Source: a bacterium (GTDB taxonomy: Bacteria > Patescibacteriota > CPR2 > UBA1875 > CAIMLA01). From it: 61,406 bases of DNA. A program made the translations under genes and the position numbers. The stretch is from the NCBI GenBank assembly GCA_037140175.1, contig JBAXEY010000001.1:1-61406 (forward strand). Direction: 5' to 3'. Under the pieces are notes generated by a model. It was not told the origin of the DNA, made no database searches, and saw only the letters and a program-made list of their open reading frames with translations. This document shows, piece after piece, positions 40,131-48,816 of this stretch; within the stretch, counting starts at the first letter, position 1; every line of letters begins with the position of its first letter.

Positions 40131-41294
40131 TTATTCTAATGCTTTTATTCCAGGCAAAATTTTCCCTGATAAAAATTCCAGTGAAGCGCCGCCCGCCATC
40201 GAGATATAACTAAATTGCTTTTTGATGGAGTCATCAACCGCCGCGATGGTATCTCCTCCACCAATGACACTATACGCATTTGAGTTTGCAATTGCTTGCC
40301 CAACCACCCGCGTTGCCTTTGCGAACGCAGGTGTTTCAGCATAACCCATTGGACCATTCCAGAATATAGTTTCTGCATATTTAAGTTTCTCGATAATATT
40401 ATCAACCGTCTCTTTCCCTATATCCAGGACCAGCTCGTTTTCAGTAACTGCACCAACCTCTTTGGCCTGCCCTTCTGACGAGTTTATATCTTTTGAAACC
40501 ACGCAATCTTGGGGTAAGAGAACTTCAACTCTATCATCCCTAGCTTCTATAAGAATCTTTTTGGCAGTATCCAAGGCCTCTGGCTCAACTATAGATTTCC
40601 CAAGATAATATCCCTTGGCCAGAAGGAAGGTATTGGCAATGGCGCCACCCAAAACAAGGGTATCGATCTTACCCATCATATTATCAATCAAAGGTATCTT
40701 GTCAGCTATCTTTGCTCCACCCATAACCAAAACGAATGGTCTTTTTGGATTAATCAAAACTTTTGTCAGGTTTTCTACCTCTCTTTGCATCTGAAAACCG
40801 GCAAATGATGGTAGATAATCTGTCACGCCGACAATTGAAGCATGTTCTCGGTGTGAAGCAGAGAAAGCATCGTTAACATAAATATCGCAACCTTGAGTCA
40901 ATTTTTTGGCAAAGGCTGGATCGTTATTCTCTTCCTCGGGATGAAAACGAAGATTTTCCAACAGAATAATATCCCCGCTTACTAATTTAGAAATTTGCTT
41001 CTGTCGATCCGTACCGATACAATCATCACAAAAATGAACACTTTCTTTGATCAGTTTTTCTAATATAGGGACTAGCGGCTTCAAAGAGCATTGTTGGTCA
41101 TTTTTACTTTTGGGTCGTCCCAAATGTGAACACAACATAACAGTTGCTCCATTTTTTAGGAGATATTTGATCGTTTCTAAACTAGCTTTAATCCGTTCGG
41201 AGTCAACCACCTTTCCATCTTTGATCGGAACATTGTAATCAGCCCTGACTAAAACTTTTTTATTACGAACTTCTGCTTCTTGGACTATATTCAT
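40131..41294 (-). CDS. pgk: phosphoglycerate kinase
   Basis: ATG at 41294 (MNIVQEA) is preferred over the GTG at 41321. VLVRADYNVP, CSHLGRP and GGGDT motifs. Confidence 0.9.
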   Translation of the reverse strand: MNIVQEAEVRNKKVLVRADYNVPIKDGKVVDSERIKASLETIKYLLKNGATVMLCSHLGRPKSKNDQQCSLKPLVPILEKLIKESVHFCDDCIGTDRQKQISKLVSGDIILLENLRFHPEEENNDPAFAKKLTQGCDIYVNDAFSASHREHASIVGVTDYLPSFAGFQMQREVENLTKVLINPKRPFVLVMGGAKIADKIPLIDNMMGKIDTLVLGGAIANTFLLAKGYYLGKSIVEPEALDTAKKILIEARDDRVEVLLPQDCVVSKDINSSEGQAKEVGAVTENELVLDIGKETVDNIIEKLKYAETIFWNGPMGYAETPAFAKATRVVGQAIANSNAYSVIGGGDTIAAVDDSIKKQFSYISMAGGASLEFLSGKILPGIKALE

Positions 41295-41380
41295 TTCACC
41301 TTTGTTATAAATGCGAGCCACTCAAAGAGAAAATATCTATTTACGATAAAATTCGCCACTCTCGCAAAAAATCTTATTAT

Positions 41381-42376
41381 CTATTTGTTAATAAATACCG
41401 CTAATTCTGCTAGCCGACAGCTATAGCCCCATTCATTATCATACCAGCCAATAATCTTGAAAAAGTTTTTGCCGATACTTTTTGTAAGTAAGCTATCATA
41501 AATTGCTGAATATTCACTTCCTTTGTAGTCCATTGACACAAGAGGATCTGTTGCGACGAACAGATAACCTTTCATCCTTCCTTTGGCCGCCTCCCACATT
41601 TTCTCGGTAATTTCTTCAACTGAGGTCTCTTTGTCTAGTTCGATCACTAAATCATTAACTGAAACCGTTGGAGTCGGGACTCTTAAGGAAATCCCGTCTA
41701 ATTTGCCCTCAACCTCTGGTATTACTTCTTTTAATGCCTTGGCCGCTCCAGTTGTCGTCGGAACAATATTTATAGCGGCGGCTCGCGCTCGACGAAGATC
41801 TTCATGAGGTAGGTCTAAGATGCGTTGATCGTTTGTGTATGAATGGATCGTTGTCATTAATCCCTGCCTGATACCAAAATTATCTAACAAAACTTTGACT
41901 ATAGGCGCCAAACCATTAGTCGTACATGAAGCATTTGAAACAATTTGGTGTTTATTAAAGTCATATTTTTCTTCATTGACCCCAAGTACAATTGTCAGGT
42001 CGTGATTCTTGGCTGGAGCCGAAATCAAAACCTTCTTTGCGCCAGCATCCAAATGAGCTTTGGCATTAATCCCATCTGTAAACAAACCCGTACACTCTAA
42101 TACTACATCCACGCCCAATTCCTTCCACGGTAGATTGACTGGGCTTTTCTCGCTAAAGACTAATACTTTTTTGTCATCAACTTCGATATATTTGTCATGG
42201 GGCGTAATCGTTGATTTAAATGTGCCATAATTTGAATCAAACTTTAAAAGATGGGCCAAAGTATTGTTATCAGTTAGATCGTTTACCGCTACAATTTCGA
42301 CGTTTGGATATCTTTCATGTAATATTTTAAAAACTTGTCGACCAATTCTGCCAAAACCGTTTATTGCAATTTTCAT
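41381..42376 (-). CDS. gap: type I glyceraldehyde-3-phosphate dehydrogenase
   Basis: 331 aa. INGFGRIGR, active-site [17 protein letters not shown]. Confidence 0.9.
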   Translation of the reverse strand: MKIAINGFGRIGRQVFKILHERYPNVEIVAVNDLTDNNTLAHLLKFDSNYGTFKSTITPHDKYIEVDDKKVLVFSEKSPVNLPWKELGVDVVLECTGLFTDGINAKAHLDAGAKKVLISAPAKNHDLTIVLGVNEEKYDFNKHQIVSNASCTTNGLAPIVKVLLDNFGIRQGLMTTIHSYTNDQRILDLPHEDLRRARAAAINIVPTTTGAAKALKEVIPEVEGKLDGISLRVPTPTVSVNDLVIELDKETSVEEITEKMWEAAKGRMKGYLFVATDPLVSMDYKGSEYSAIYDSLLTKSIGKNFFKIIGWYDNEWGYSCRLAELAVFINK

Positions 42377-42453
42377 CTAGTCTCCCTTCGGGCTCTCGTT
42401 GAGCTTATTAGCTTTTGAATTTATTTTAACCTTTTGAGTAATAAAAAAGAAGC

Positions 42454-42672
42454 TTAAATCTGGTTTTTTCGGTTTATCTTTTTTCTGACATATTTTTTTA
42501 TCCGTTCTACATAATAAATTTGTATGCCCAAAAGACCCAATCCAATAAAAATTAATATCCAACCTGGCAAAATCGGCAAAATAATACCCGCAATCCCAAC
42601 AAGAATGAGAAATATACCAAAAACTTTCCTTACGAGTTTTAATTCTTTTGTTTGGTGTTTCGATAGTCTCAT
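42454..42672 (-). CDS. small two-TM protein, PGPGW-like
   Basis: 72 aa. ILPILPGWILIFIGLGLLG resembles the PGPGW family. Preferred over the overlapping 103-aa ORF. Confidence 0.4.
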   Translation of the reverse strand: MRLSKHQTKELKLVRKVFGIFLILVGIAGIILPILPGWILIFIGLGLLGIQIYYVERIKKYVRKKINRKNQI

Positions 42673-42694
42673 CAGTCCATTCTAACAAAGAATA

Positions 42695-42723
42695 TTGATA
42701 AATGGGTTAAATTTTGATATACT
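42695..42723 (+). promoter_or_regulatory. sigma70-like promoter of tRNA-Glu
   Basis: TTGATA (42695-42700), 17-nt spacer, TGa-TATACT (extended -10, 42715-42723). Lies about 13 nt upstream of the tRNA 5' end. Confidence 0.5.
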
Positions 42724-42736
42724 TTTGACGTTCTGC

Positions 42737-42811
42737 GGTCCCATCGTCTAGGGGTTAGGACGCCAGGTTTTCATCCTGGTAACAGGGGTTCGAATCCCCT
42801 TGGGACTGCCA
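42737..42811 (+). tRNA. tRNA-Glu (anticodon UUC), CCA encoded
   Basis: Cloverleaf folded by hand. Acceptor GGTCCCA/TGGGACT, anticodon stem CCAGG/CCTGG with loop TTTTCAT, T-arm AGGGG-TTCGAAT-CCCCT. Close to the canonical bacterial tRNA-Glu sequence. Confidence 0.9.
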
Positions 42812-42830
42812 AAGTTAGCAACAGATAGAG

Positions 42831-42865
42831 AAAGGTTCCATAATATATTTTATGGAACCTTTTTG
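42831..42865 (+). terminator. rho-independent terminator after tRNA-Glu
   Basis: AAAGGTTCCATAA-tatatt-TTATGGAACCTTT followed by a T run. Confidence 0.65.
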
Positions 42866-42948
42866 CTTACGCTTATCTGTTAAACTGGTTCGCTTCCACG
42901 TAGGTACAAATGTATCCGTATCTTTTTATGATTTGAGATTCTTATGCT

Positions 42949-42976
42949 TTGAAATAATTCATTATGGGTTTATTTT
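42949..42976 (+). promoter_or_regulatory. possible promoter of the 82-aa ORF
   Basis: TTGAAA, 16-nt spacer, TATTTT. Ends 9 nt before the ATG at 42986 and there is no SD. Confidence 0.3.
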
Positions 42977-42985
42977 AGAAACACT

Positions 42986-43234
42986 ATGAATATCCCAAAA
43001 TTATCATCAGGCTCAGAAGAAGAAATGCAACTCATTTTGGCAGAATGGAAGGAGCGTGCCGAAATATATAATCTGCCTTTTGCAAAATATATCAATACCG
43101 ACAATAAATCATTTTCTAAAACTAGAAAACTTTGTGAAAAAATCGAAAACGATGCCGAAAAAGAGGGTACTGACTGGATTCATTATTTAGCAAAAGATAA
43201 GGATATGCGAGATATCTTGAAACGTATGGCATAA
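42986..43234 (+). CDS. hypothetical small acidic/basic protein
   Basis: 82-aa ORF, no recognisable motif. First plus-strand gene after the tRNA. Confidence 0.35.
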   Translation: MNIPKLSSGSEEEMQLILAEWKERAEIYNLPFAKYINTDNKSFSKTRKLCEKIENDAEKEGTDWIHYLAKDKDMRDILKRMA

Positions 43235-43296
43235 GCTGAGATGGCTTACGCAAAGCATCATAAGTGATATCCAGCTCGAATAAGTAAGGTCATAAA

Positions 43297-43364
43297 CGTG
43301 AATTTTATGTAATATTACGTTAAATTCACGGTATATTGACATTATCACGTGAATTTGATAAAAT
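43297..43364 (+). promoter_or_regulatory. promoter with three copies of a CGTGAATTT operator-like motif
   Basis: CGTGAATTT at 43297-43305, inverted at 43322-43330, and again at 43348-43356. The third copy lies inside the 17-nt spacer between TTGACA (43336-43341) and TGa-TAAAAT (43356-43364). Confidence 0.55.
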
Positions 43365-43370
43365 AGTCAC

Positions 43371-44240
43371 ATGATTAGCGAACAAACAAAGTATAAGATT
43401 AGGGCGCTCAAAAAAGAGTATGAACAGCTAAAAGCCGGAAAAGAATCCCTCCTGGCTCTTTTACGAGAGGCTGAGTTACCAGAACTTGTCTATAACTCAA
43501 ATGCCATAGAGAACTCAACACTAACTCTGAAAGAAACCGAGAAGATTCTTTTAGAACAAGAAGTTATGCGTGATGTTTCTGTTCGAGAACTTTTTGAAGC
43601 GAAAAATTTGGCACGTGTTCTAGAGTATCTTGAATCTCGACCGAATCTCGAGTTAAATATTGACAACATTCTATTATTACATCGCATGTTGATTGGTGGC
43701 ATAAATGACAAGATTGCTGGCAAACTTCGTCAGCCAAATGAGTACGTTCGAGTCGGATCCCACATTGCACCAGCGCCCGAACATGTAGAACGATTGTTAG
43801 ATAGCTTACTAAGCGATTATTTAAGTAATCACGAACAATATTTCATAGATAATATTGGACAATTTCACACCGAGCTCGAGTTTATCCATCCATTCGTCGA
43901 CGGTAATGGGCGAATTGGTCGAGTGGTAGTAAATCTACAGTTGATGTCTTTTGGCTATCCGCCAATTATTATTCGCAGCAAAGGCAAACAAAATGACTAT
44001 TACCCATTATTTAGAGATTATCAAAACAACAAGGATTCGAGCGGGATGTCGGATCTTTTCGCGCTTGCACTGCAAGAGTCTTTGCATAAACGACTCGCTT
44101 ATCTAAAAGGCATGAATATCGTAAAACTAGTAGTTTATGCAAAAGAGCATAATTTAGCACCCAATGGACAACTCAACGCAGCAAAACGTCAAACAATACC
44201 AGCATTTCGTGAAAAAGGTGTTTGGAAAATAGGGGAATAG
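43371..44240 (+). CDS. Fic-domain protein (AMPylase-type motif) with N-terminal inhibitory motif and C-terminal HTH-like tail
   Basis: 289 aa. Canonical HPFVDGNGRIGR, SNAIEN at residues 43-48 matching [ST]xxxE[GN], and a C-terminal ...RQTIPAFREKGVWKIG tail resembling an excisionase-type HTH. Confidence 0.85.
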   Translation: MISEQTKYKIRALKKEYEQLKAGKESLLALLREAELPELVYNSNAIENSTLTLKETEKILLEQEVMRDVSVRELFEAKNLARVLEYLESRPNLELNIDNILLLHRMLIGGINDKIAGKLRQPNEYVRVGSHIAPAPEHVERLLDSLLSDYLSNHEQYFIDNIGQFHTELEFIHPFVDGNGRIGRVVVNLQLMSFGYPPIIIRSKGKQNDYYPLFRDYQNNKDSSGMSDLFALALQESLHKRLAYLKGMNIVKLVVYAKEHNLAPNGQLNAAKRQTIPAFREKGVWKIGE

Positions 44241-44424
44241 AACACATCAATCAGGTGTCTATGCCGCCTCGTGCACCAAGTTCATCTATTTTTTTATGCA
44301 CCAACAATAGACTCGCCCACAAAGTGTTCCAACTGGAGTCATCTAGGCCTACCAATGAGGCAATGATTTCTTAGGAAGTCGTTGTCTCATTTTGTTACAC
44401 AGAGCAAGAAGACCCGTACTCGAA

Positions 44425-45519
44425 TTATTCCTCGGTTAATCTGAACTTATATAGTGATATTGTTAATGTTATCAAAATCCAACCAAGCACTATTAATATA
44501 TTCGCGGGGTTAGCAAAGGGTGAACCAGCCTCGATCGCAACGGTTCGCATCATTCTGAGCAATGGTGCTAGTGGTAGATACTGAACAATGTTTGATAACC
44601 AAGTTGGCAATGAATCAATCGGGAAGAAAATTCCAGCGAGAAACATCATCGGGATAGAAACAGCTTGTGCCATCCCTTCGGCCGCATCCGTTGTTTTAGC
44701 AAACGAGGCAATCGTAAACCCAACTAGTTGAAATAGGATGCCGCCCAACAAAGAGAGCATGACCACGACAAATATATTTCCATTGATATGTCCGTTGAAA
44801 CCATAGATACCAATAGATAGAATTAGAGCAATCTGAACTAGATTTAATACTAACCTTGAGGTAACCTCTGCTAATACAAACTTCCAAGTCTTCAAAGGAG
44901 TCGAGATAATTCTCTTTAATATTTTATCTTCACGATATTTGGAGATACTGACTGCAATCCCAATAATTGAGCCATTCATCAAAGCTAGGCCCAGTATCCC
45001 CACCAAAACAAAATCAAAATAGGTAAAGTCGTTATTTTTTGAATTGTTATTGATAAGTTCCTGCTCGGTCACAAAAAGGGGTTGGACGTTTTGAATCTTG
45101 AAACTAGCCTCCGTCAAAATCTTATCGGTTATAGTCCTAAGTACCCCACTGGTTTGGACGCTCGCTGGATCAACATAAATCTTGATCTTATTTGTTGTAT
45201 CTGGTCCAGCAACTCCAAAGTTTTCGGGAATATAAACCGCCGCAGATAACTTCCCTTTTTTTATTTCGCTCTTAGCCTTATCTATTGAATCAATTTTGGT
45301 TATCTTAAAAACCTTTGACTCGGTAATCCCCCTATCCACCCCTATAGAAATTTCATTTTTGGACTTATTGATAATTGTAATAGTCCCACTCGAGGTGTTG
45401 TCGTGGCCAAAAAACAAACCAAAGATAACAATAAAGATTACAGGGAAAGCGATGCTCCAAAATAATGCTTGTCGGTTACGAACCATCATCTTCAGGTTGG
45501 CTTTAAAAAGTTTAAACAC
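44425..45519 (-). CDS. ABC-2 type transporter permease
   Basis: 364 aa. One N-terminal TM helix, a large extracytoplasmic loop, then 5 TM helices. Overlaps the ATPase gene by 8 nt. Confidence 0.75.
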   Translation of the reverse strand: MFKLFKANLKMMVRNRQALFWSIAFPVIFIVIFGLFFGHDNTSSGTITIINKSKNEISIGVDRGITESKVFKITKIDSIDKAKSEIKKGKLSAAVYIPENFGVAGPDTTNKIKIYVDPASVQTSGVLRTITDKILTEASFKIQNVQPLFVTEQELINNNSKNNDFTYFDFVLVGILGLALMNGSIIGIAVSISKYREDKILKRIISTPLKTWKFVLAEVTSRLVLNLVQIALILSIGIYGFNGHINGNIFVVVMLSLLGGILFQLVGFTIASFAKTTDAAEGMAQAVSIPMMFLAGIFFPIDSLPTWLSNIVQYLPLAPLLRMMRTVAIEAGSPFANPANILIVLGWILITLTISLYKFRLTEE

Positions 45520-46486
45520 TCTCTTCCTCCGTAATATTCCGCCCGGTAAGCTCGATAAACACGTCCTCTAGGGTCGCTTTACTAACCGTCAACTCATCTG
45601 GTTTATATGCGTGGATCTCCTTCAGCGCCTTCTGTAATTCTGATTGCTTATTTAAAATCAATTCACAGTGATACTCTTTACCAGCAATATAGCTAAGCTC
45701 ACCAATCCCAGCTAGTTTTGTTTTTAAGCTTTCGATATTTTTGGCTATGAATTTGATTCTGATCGGATGTTTGGCGTGCTTTATCAGCTTGTAAGTATCG
45801 TCAATGGCTACGATTTTACCGGCATCCATAATCCCAATTCGATCACAAAGGATTTCAGCCTCTTCCATATAGTGAGTGGTCAAAATAATTGTTTTGTTGC
45901 GTTTTTTTATCTCAGCGATAATTTCCCAAAGGTGGCGCCTCGAAATAGGATCTAGGCCTGTAGTAGGCTCATCTAGAAAAACAATCTCGGGATCATTGAT
46001 AAGGCTTGCAACGATTGAAAACCGCTGTTTTTGACCACCAGAGAGATTGTTTACAAACGAATCTATCTTTTGCTCTAGACCAACTTGTTTCAGCAATTCT
46101 TTCGGATTTGTCTCCTGACCATAAAAGCTGGCAAAAAGATCAATAATCTCGCCTAGTTTTAAATAACGATAGTATGCCGATGATTGAAGCTGAATGCCAA
46201 TCTTGCTTTTGATTTCACTCAAATTTTTGTTGAGATCAAGGTCTAATATTTTAATATTACCCGAAGTCGCCTTCCTCAAGCCTTCTATTATTTCCAAAGT
46301 TGTGGTTTTTCCTGCGCCGTTTTCTCCTATCAAGCCAAAAATCTCCCCCCTATTTACTGTAAAGGAAATATCGTTAACGGCCGCAAAGTTGCCATATTTT
46401 TTGACTAAATTTGTTACTTCGATAGTATTTTTCATATTTTGGTTTTTATCTCCGTTGTTGGACGCGTTAGTATTGGCCTGACTCAC
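45512..46486 (-). CDS. ABC transporter ATP-binding protein
   Basis: Walker A GENGAGKTT, signature LSGGQKQR, Walker B VFLDEPT. GTG start at 46486, or ATG at 46435. Confidence 0.85.
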   Translation of the reverse strand: MSQANTNASNNGDKNQNMKNTIEVTNLVKKYGNFAAVNDISFTVNRGEIFGLIGENGAGKTTTLEIIEGLRKATSGNIKILDLDLNKNLSEIKSKIGIQLQSSAYYRYLKLGEIIDLFASFYGQETNPKELLKQVGLEQKIDSFVNNLSGGQKQRFSIVASLINDPEIVFLDEPTTGLDPISRRHLWEIIAEIKKRNKTIILTTHYMEEAEILCDRIGIMDAGKIVAIDDTYKLIKHAKHPIRIKFIAKNIESLKTKLAGIGELSYIAGKEYHCELILNKQSELQKALKEIHAYKPDELTVSKATLEDVFIELTGRNITEEESV

Positions 46487-46521
46487 GAGAATATCGTGGG
46501 CCAGGCCGGCTGTATGGGCAA

Positions 46522-46905
46522 TTAAGCCTCCACAAGAAGGTTTTTGGCCGAGGCCGCTCCTTTGATCGTCAGATCAGCTAGATATTCGGCACAAGCTCGA
46601 TCTTTCTGGGAATAATACCAAATCGCTTCACCCACAAGCCAGGTGGCTCGGGCCAGAGTTCCGCTAATGGTATCGAGTGATTTGAGGTTCCCTGCTTGGT
46701 GGTATATCCGCCAAGCCTCGCCCTTGCTTTCGATCGCATCATGTAGGTTATCCGGAGATGGATTCTCTAGCCAGATAAAGAAAGAACCTGAGATGGAGAC
46801 GAGTTGACTAGCGTTGAAGGTTTCATGATTTTCACGAAGCGCTTTCACGACGACTATCGCCGCTTCTTTGATCTTTTTCTGCTCATGATCCAGTTCAGTA
46901 GACAC
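46522..46905 (-). CDS. hypothetical protein
   Basis: 127 aa. GTG start preceded by AGGGGG. Only 35 nt upstream of the ABC ATPase gene. No motif recognised. Confidence 0.4.
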   Translation of the reverse strand: MSTELDHEQKKIKEAAIVVVKALRENHETFNASQLVSISGSFFIWLENPSPDNLHDAIESKGEAWRIYHQAGNLKSLDTISGTLARATWLVGEAIWYYSQKDRACAEYLADLTIKGAASAKNLLVEA

Positions 46906-46923
46906 GGTCGCCCCCTAACTCAG

Positions 46924-46956
46924 AAAATTAAAAAAGCTCTACATTATGTGAGCTTT
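46924..46956 (-). terminator. hairpin plus U-tract located inside a 5' leader (attenuator-like), usable on both strands
   Basis: AAAGCTC-10 nt-GAGCTTT, followed on the minus strand by TTTTTTAATTTT. Sits between the promoter at 46991-47018 and the SD of the 127-aa gene. Confidence 0.4.
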
Positions 46957-46990
46957 CTTTTCAAGTTACTTTTGCCCAACAGCAATATAA

Positions 46991-47018
46991 ATTCTAAACA
47001 TTATTACTAAATTTTCAA
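46991..47018 (-). promoter_or_regulatory. sigma70-like promoter
   Basis: Minus strand TTGAAA (47018-47013), 16-nt spacer, TAGAAT (46996-46991). Confidence 0.4.
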
Positions 47019-47073
47019 GTCTTTTGGTTCGACTATCAAACAAATTATGTTTATTCCTATCAGAAAGGTTTAA

Positions 47074-48264
47074 CTATTTTTCGATAAGTGCTTTTGTCTC
47101 TTGTTCTTTCAAGAACATTGCCTTTGAAAAAGCTTCTTCATAGCCATCTACATTGTGCCGAGGTGAGAAGAGAAACTCAGCTCTTTTACGAGGTACTTGT
47201 GGTGGAATGCTATCTACCTTTTTCATATACTTGGCAATCCGGTCTATATATTTGAGCTGAGAATCCGTGACCTCAGTATCATTTTCGTTTATGCCCAAAT
47301 CATCGACTGGAACTAAAACTCCACTCTGATCAATCATCTCGGTCAACGAGCCTAAGGCTGGACCGACTACTGGTGTGCCCGAGGCCATCGCTTCTGCTAC
47401 TACCAAGCCAAAGGGCTCTGCCCAAAGGTTGGTCATCATCACAGCTTTGGCGTTTCTCATCAACTTCGCTTTTTCGTCTAGTGTACTCATTCCTAAATAT
47501 TCATCATTAGGGCCAAGTCGTGGAGCCACAAATTTATCATAATAATCGGTTTCGTGCTTTTCCGCTTTTTTACCAATCAATTTGATCGGCATCCCGATTT
47601 TATGCGCTACTTCTATCGCGATATGTGGACCTTTTTCCATACAAAATCGACCAACCCAAAGCAGATAATCACCTTTTTTGTTGTAATTGACGGTGTAGAA
47701 ATCAGTATTAACCGCATTATAGACCGTGCCTAGATGGTTTTTGATGTTGAAACATTCAAGGTACCGCCTCGCCTGATCTTTACTGATACTTACAAAGTAT
47801 TGACCTGCATCTGATAAATCGTGGATTAGTTTTGGCAGGTGATCCTTGGCTGGACCATGCCAGGTCTGAACGATTGGAGTATCTCCCGTATTTATTAATT
47901 CTTCTGGTCGAAGTACAATATCTGCCTTAAAAAGAAATTTCGATTTGTTTTCCCTCATCTCCTGGGCGTACACGGCCAAGGTATTATCCCAGATAACATC
48001 TGGCCTCTCGGCAAGCGCTAGCTCATAAGCAATCCGGTTACATTCTTTCTCTTTGGCAAATGACACTCCTTGGCCAAGCGCTGTTGGTGTTGTGGCTACT
48101 AATTTGGAAGTAACCTTGGAATCACCCGAAGCAAATACATAGACATCGTGGCCTCTTTTGACCATTTCTTCCTCGGCAATTGAAACCACAGTTTCAATCC
48201 CACCATATTTTTGATCCCGACCCAGAATTGGGATTACAACCGGCCCAATAATACAAATTTTCAT
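47074..48264 (-). CDS. GT4-family (GT-B fold) glycosyltransferase
   Basis: 396 aa. N-terminal GGIETVV and a C-terminal EX7E-type motif EPFGLVVAEAMASGTPVV. Confidence 0.8.
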   Translation of the reverse strand: MKICIIGPVVIPILGRDQKYGGIETVVSIAEEEMVKRGHDVYVFASGDSKVTSKLVATTPTALGQGVSFAKEKECNRIAYELALAERPDVIWDNTLAVYAQEMRENKSKFLFKADIVLRPEELINTGDTPIVQTWHGPAKDHLPKLIHDLSDAGQYFVSISKDQARRYLECFNIKNHLGTVYNAVNTDFYTVNYNKKGDYLLWVGRFCMEKGPHIAIEVAHKIGMPIKLIGKKAEKHETDYYDKFVAPRLGPNDEYLGMSTLDEKAKLMRNAKAVMMTNLWAEPFGLVVAEAMASGTPVVGPALGSLTEMIDQSGVLVPVDDLGINENDTEVTDSQLKYIDRIAKYMKKVDSIPPQVPRKRAEFLFSPRHNVDGYEEAFSKAMFLKEQETKALIEK

Positions 48265-48324
48265 TATTTTCCTTTTTTAGACTCTAATTATTTTAATATA
48301 GAACCCAACAAATTTCAAACTCTC

Positions 48325-48352
48325 TTGATTTTTTGTCTTTTTGGCATATAGT
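48325..48352 (+). promoter_or_regulatory. sigma70-like promoter, divergent from the GT4 gene
   Basis: TTGATT, 16-nt spacer, TATAGT. Confidence 0.4.
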
Positions 48353-48401
48353 AGGGCCTAGAACCGAACCTTGTCATCGTCATTATGAGGAGATGATGAT
48401 C

Positions 48402-48803
48402 ATGCAGGATATCATAGAAGGTCAAGAAAAGGATAACGGGAACGAGTGGTTTTGGATTATCGGCACAGTCGATGATTCGCGCATTGTCACGGCAAAATAC
48501 GACCTGTCTTATTTTGATGATCATCGAGACATCATCTACGGCTCCGTGGCAAAAAGCCTAGCGGTTCGCTTTGTCGACGACAACATGTCAAAAATCGTTG
48601 TTTTCTCCCTAGAAAACCTCGTTCACAAACCGGCGGGCTATTTCGAAAATGGCATGATCAACACAGTGACTTACATCGTAACCCCAAGCGGTCTACAAGT
48701 CATGAATTGTCATTCTCATTACGAGTTCGCTCAGGAACAAGGGATTGACCCCTGTTTGATCGGCATAGATCTAGAGCATACCTACAAGAAAAAATCCAAG
48801 TAA
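48402..48803 (+). CDS. hypothetical protein
   Basis: The long ORF starts at 48333, upstream of the predicted transcription start site. GAGGAG at 48387-48392 favours the ATG cluster at 48393-48402. No motif recognised. Confidence 0.4.
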   Translation: MQDIIEGQEKDNGNEWFWIIGTVDDSRIVTAKYDLSYFDDHRDIIYGSVAKSLAVRFVDDNMSKIVVFSLENLVHKPAGYFENGMINTVTYIVTPSGLQVMNCHSHYEFAQEQGIDPCLIGIDLEHTYKKKSK

Positions 48804-48816
48804 TATTGGAGGAAAA

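Noticed and set aside
42377-42688. A 103-aa minus-strand ORF overlapping the 72-aa PGPGW-like ORF in another frame.
   Set aside because: It has implausible composition and no TM or motif logic, and it would abut gap with no spacing. The 72-aa two-TM frame is more gene-like. Both are low confidence.
44241-44424. A 184-nt gene-free spacer between convergent fic and the ABC permease. It was examined for a terminator, a pseudogene remnant or an sRNA.
   Set aside because: No convincing hairpin was found. Only very short ORFs (up to 37 codons) with no similarity I recognise are present. Nothing supportable.
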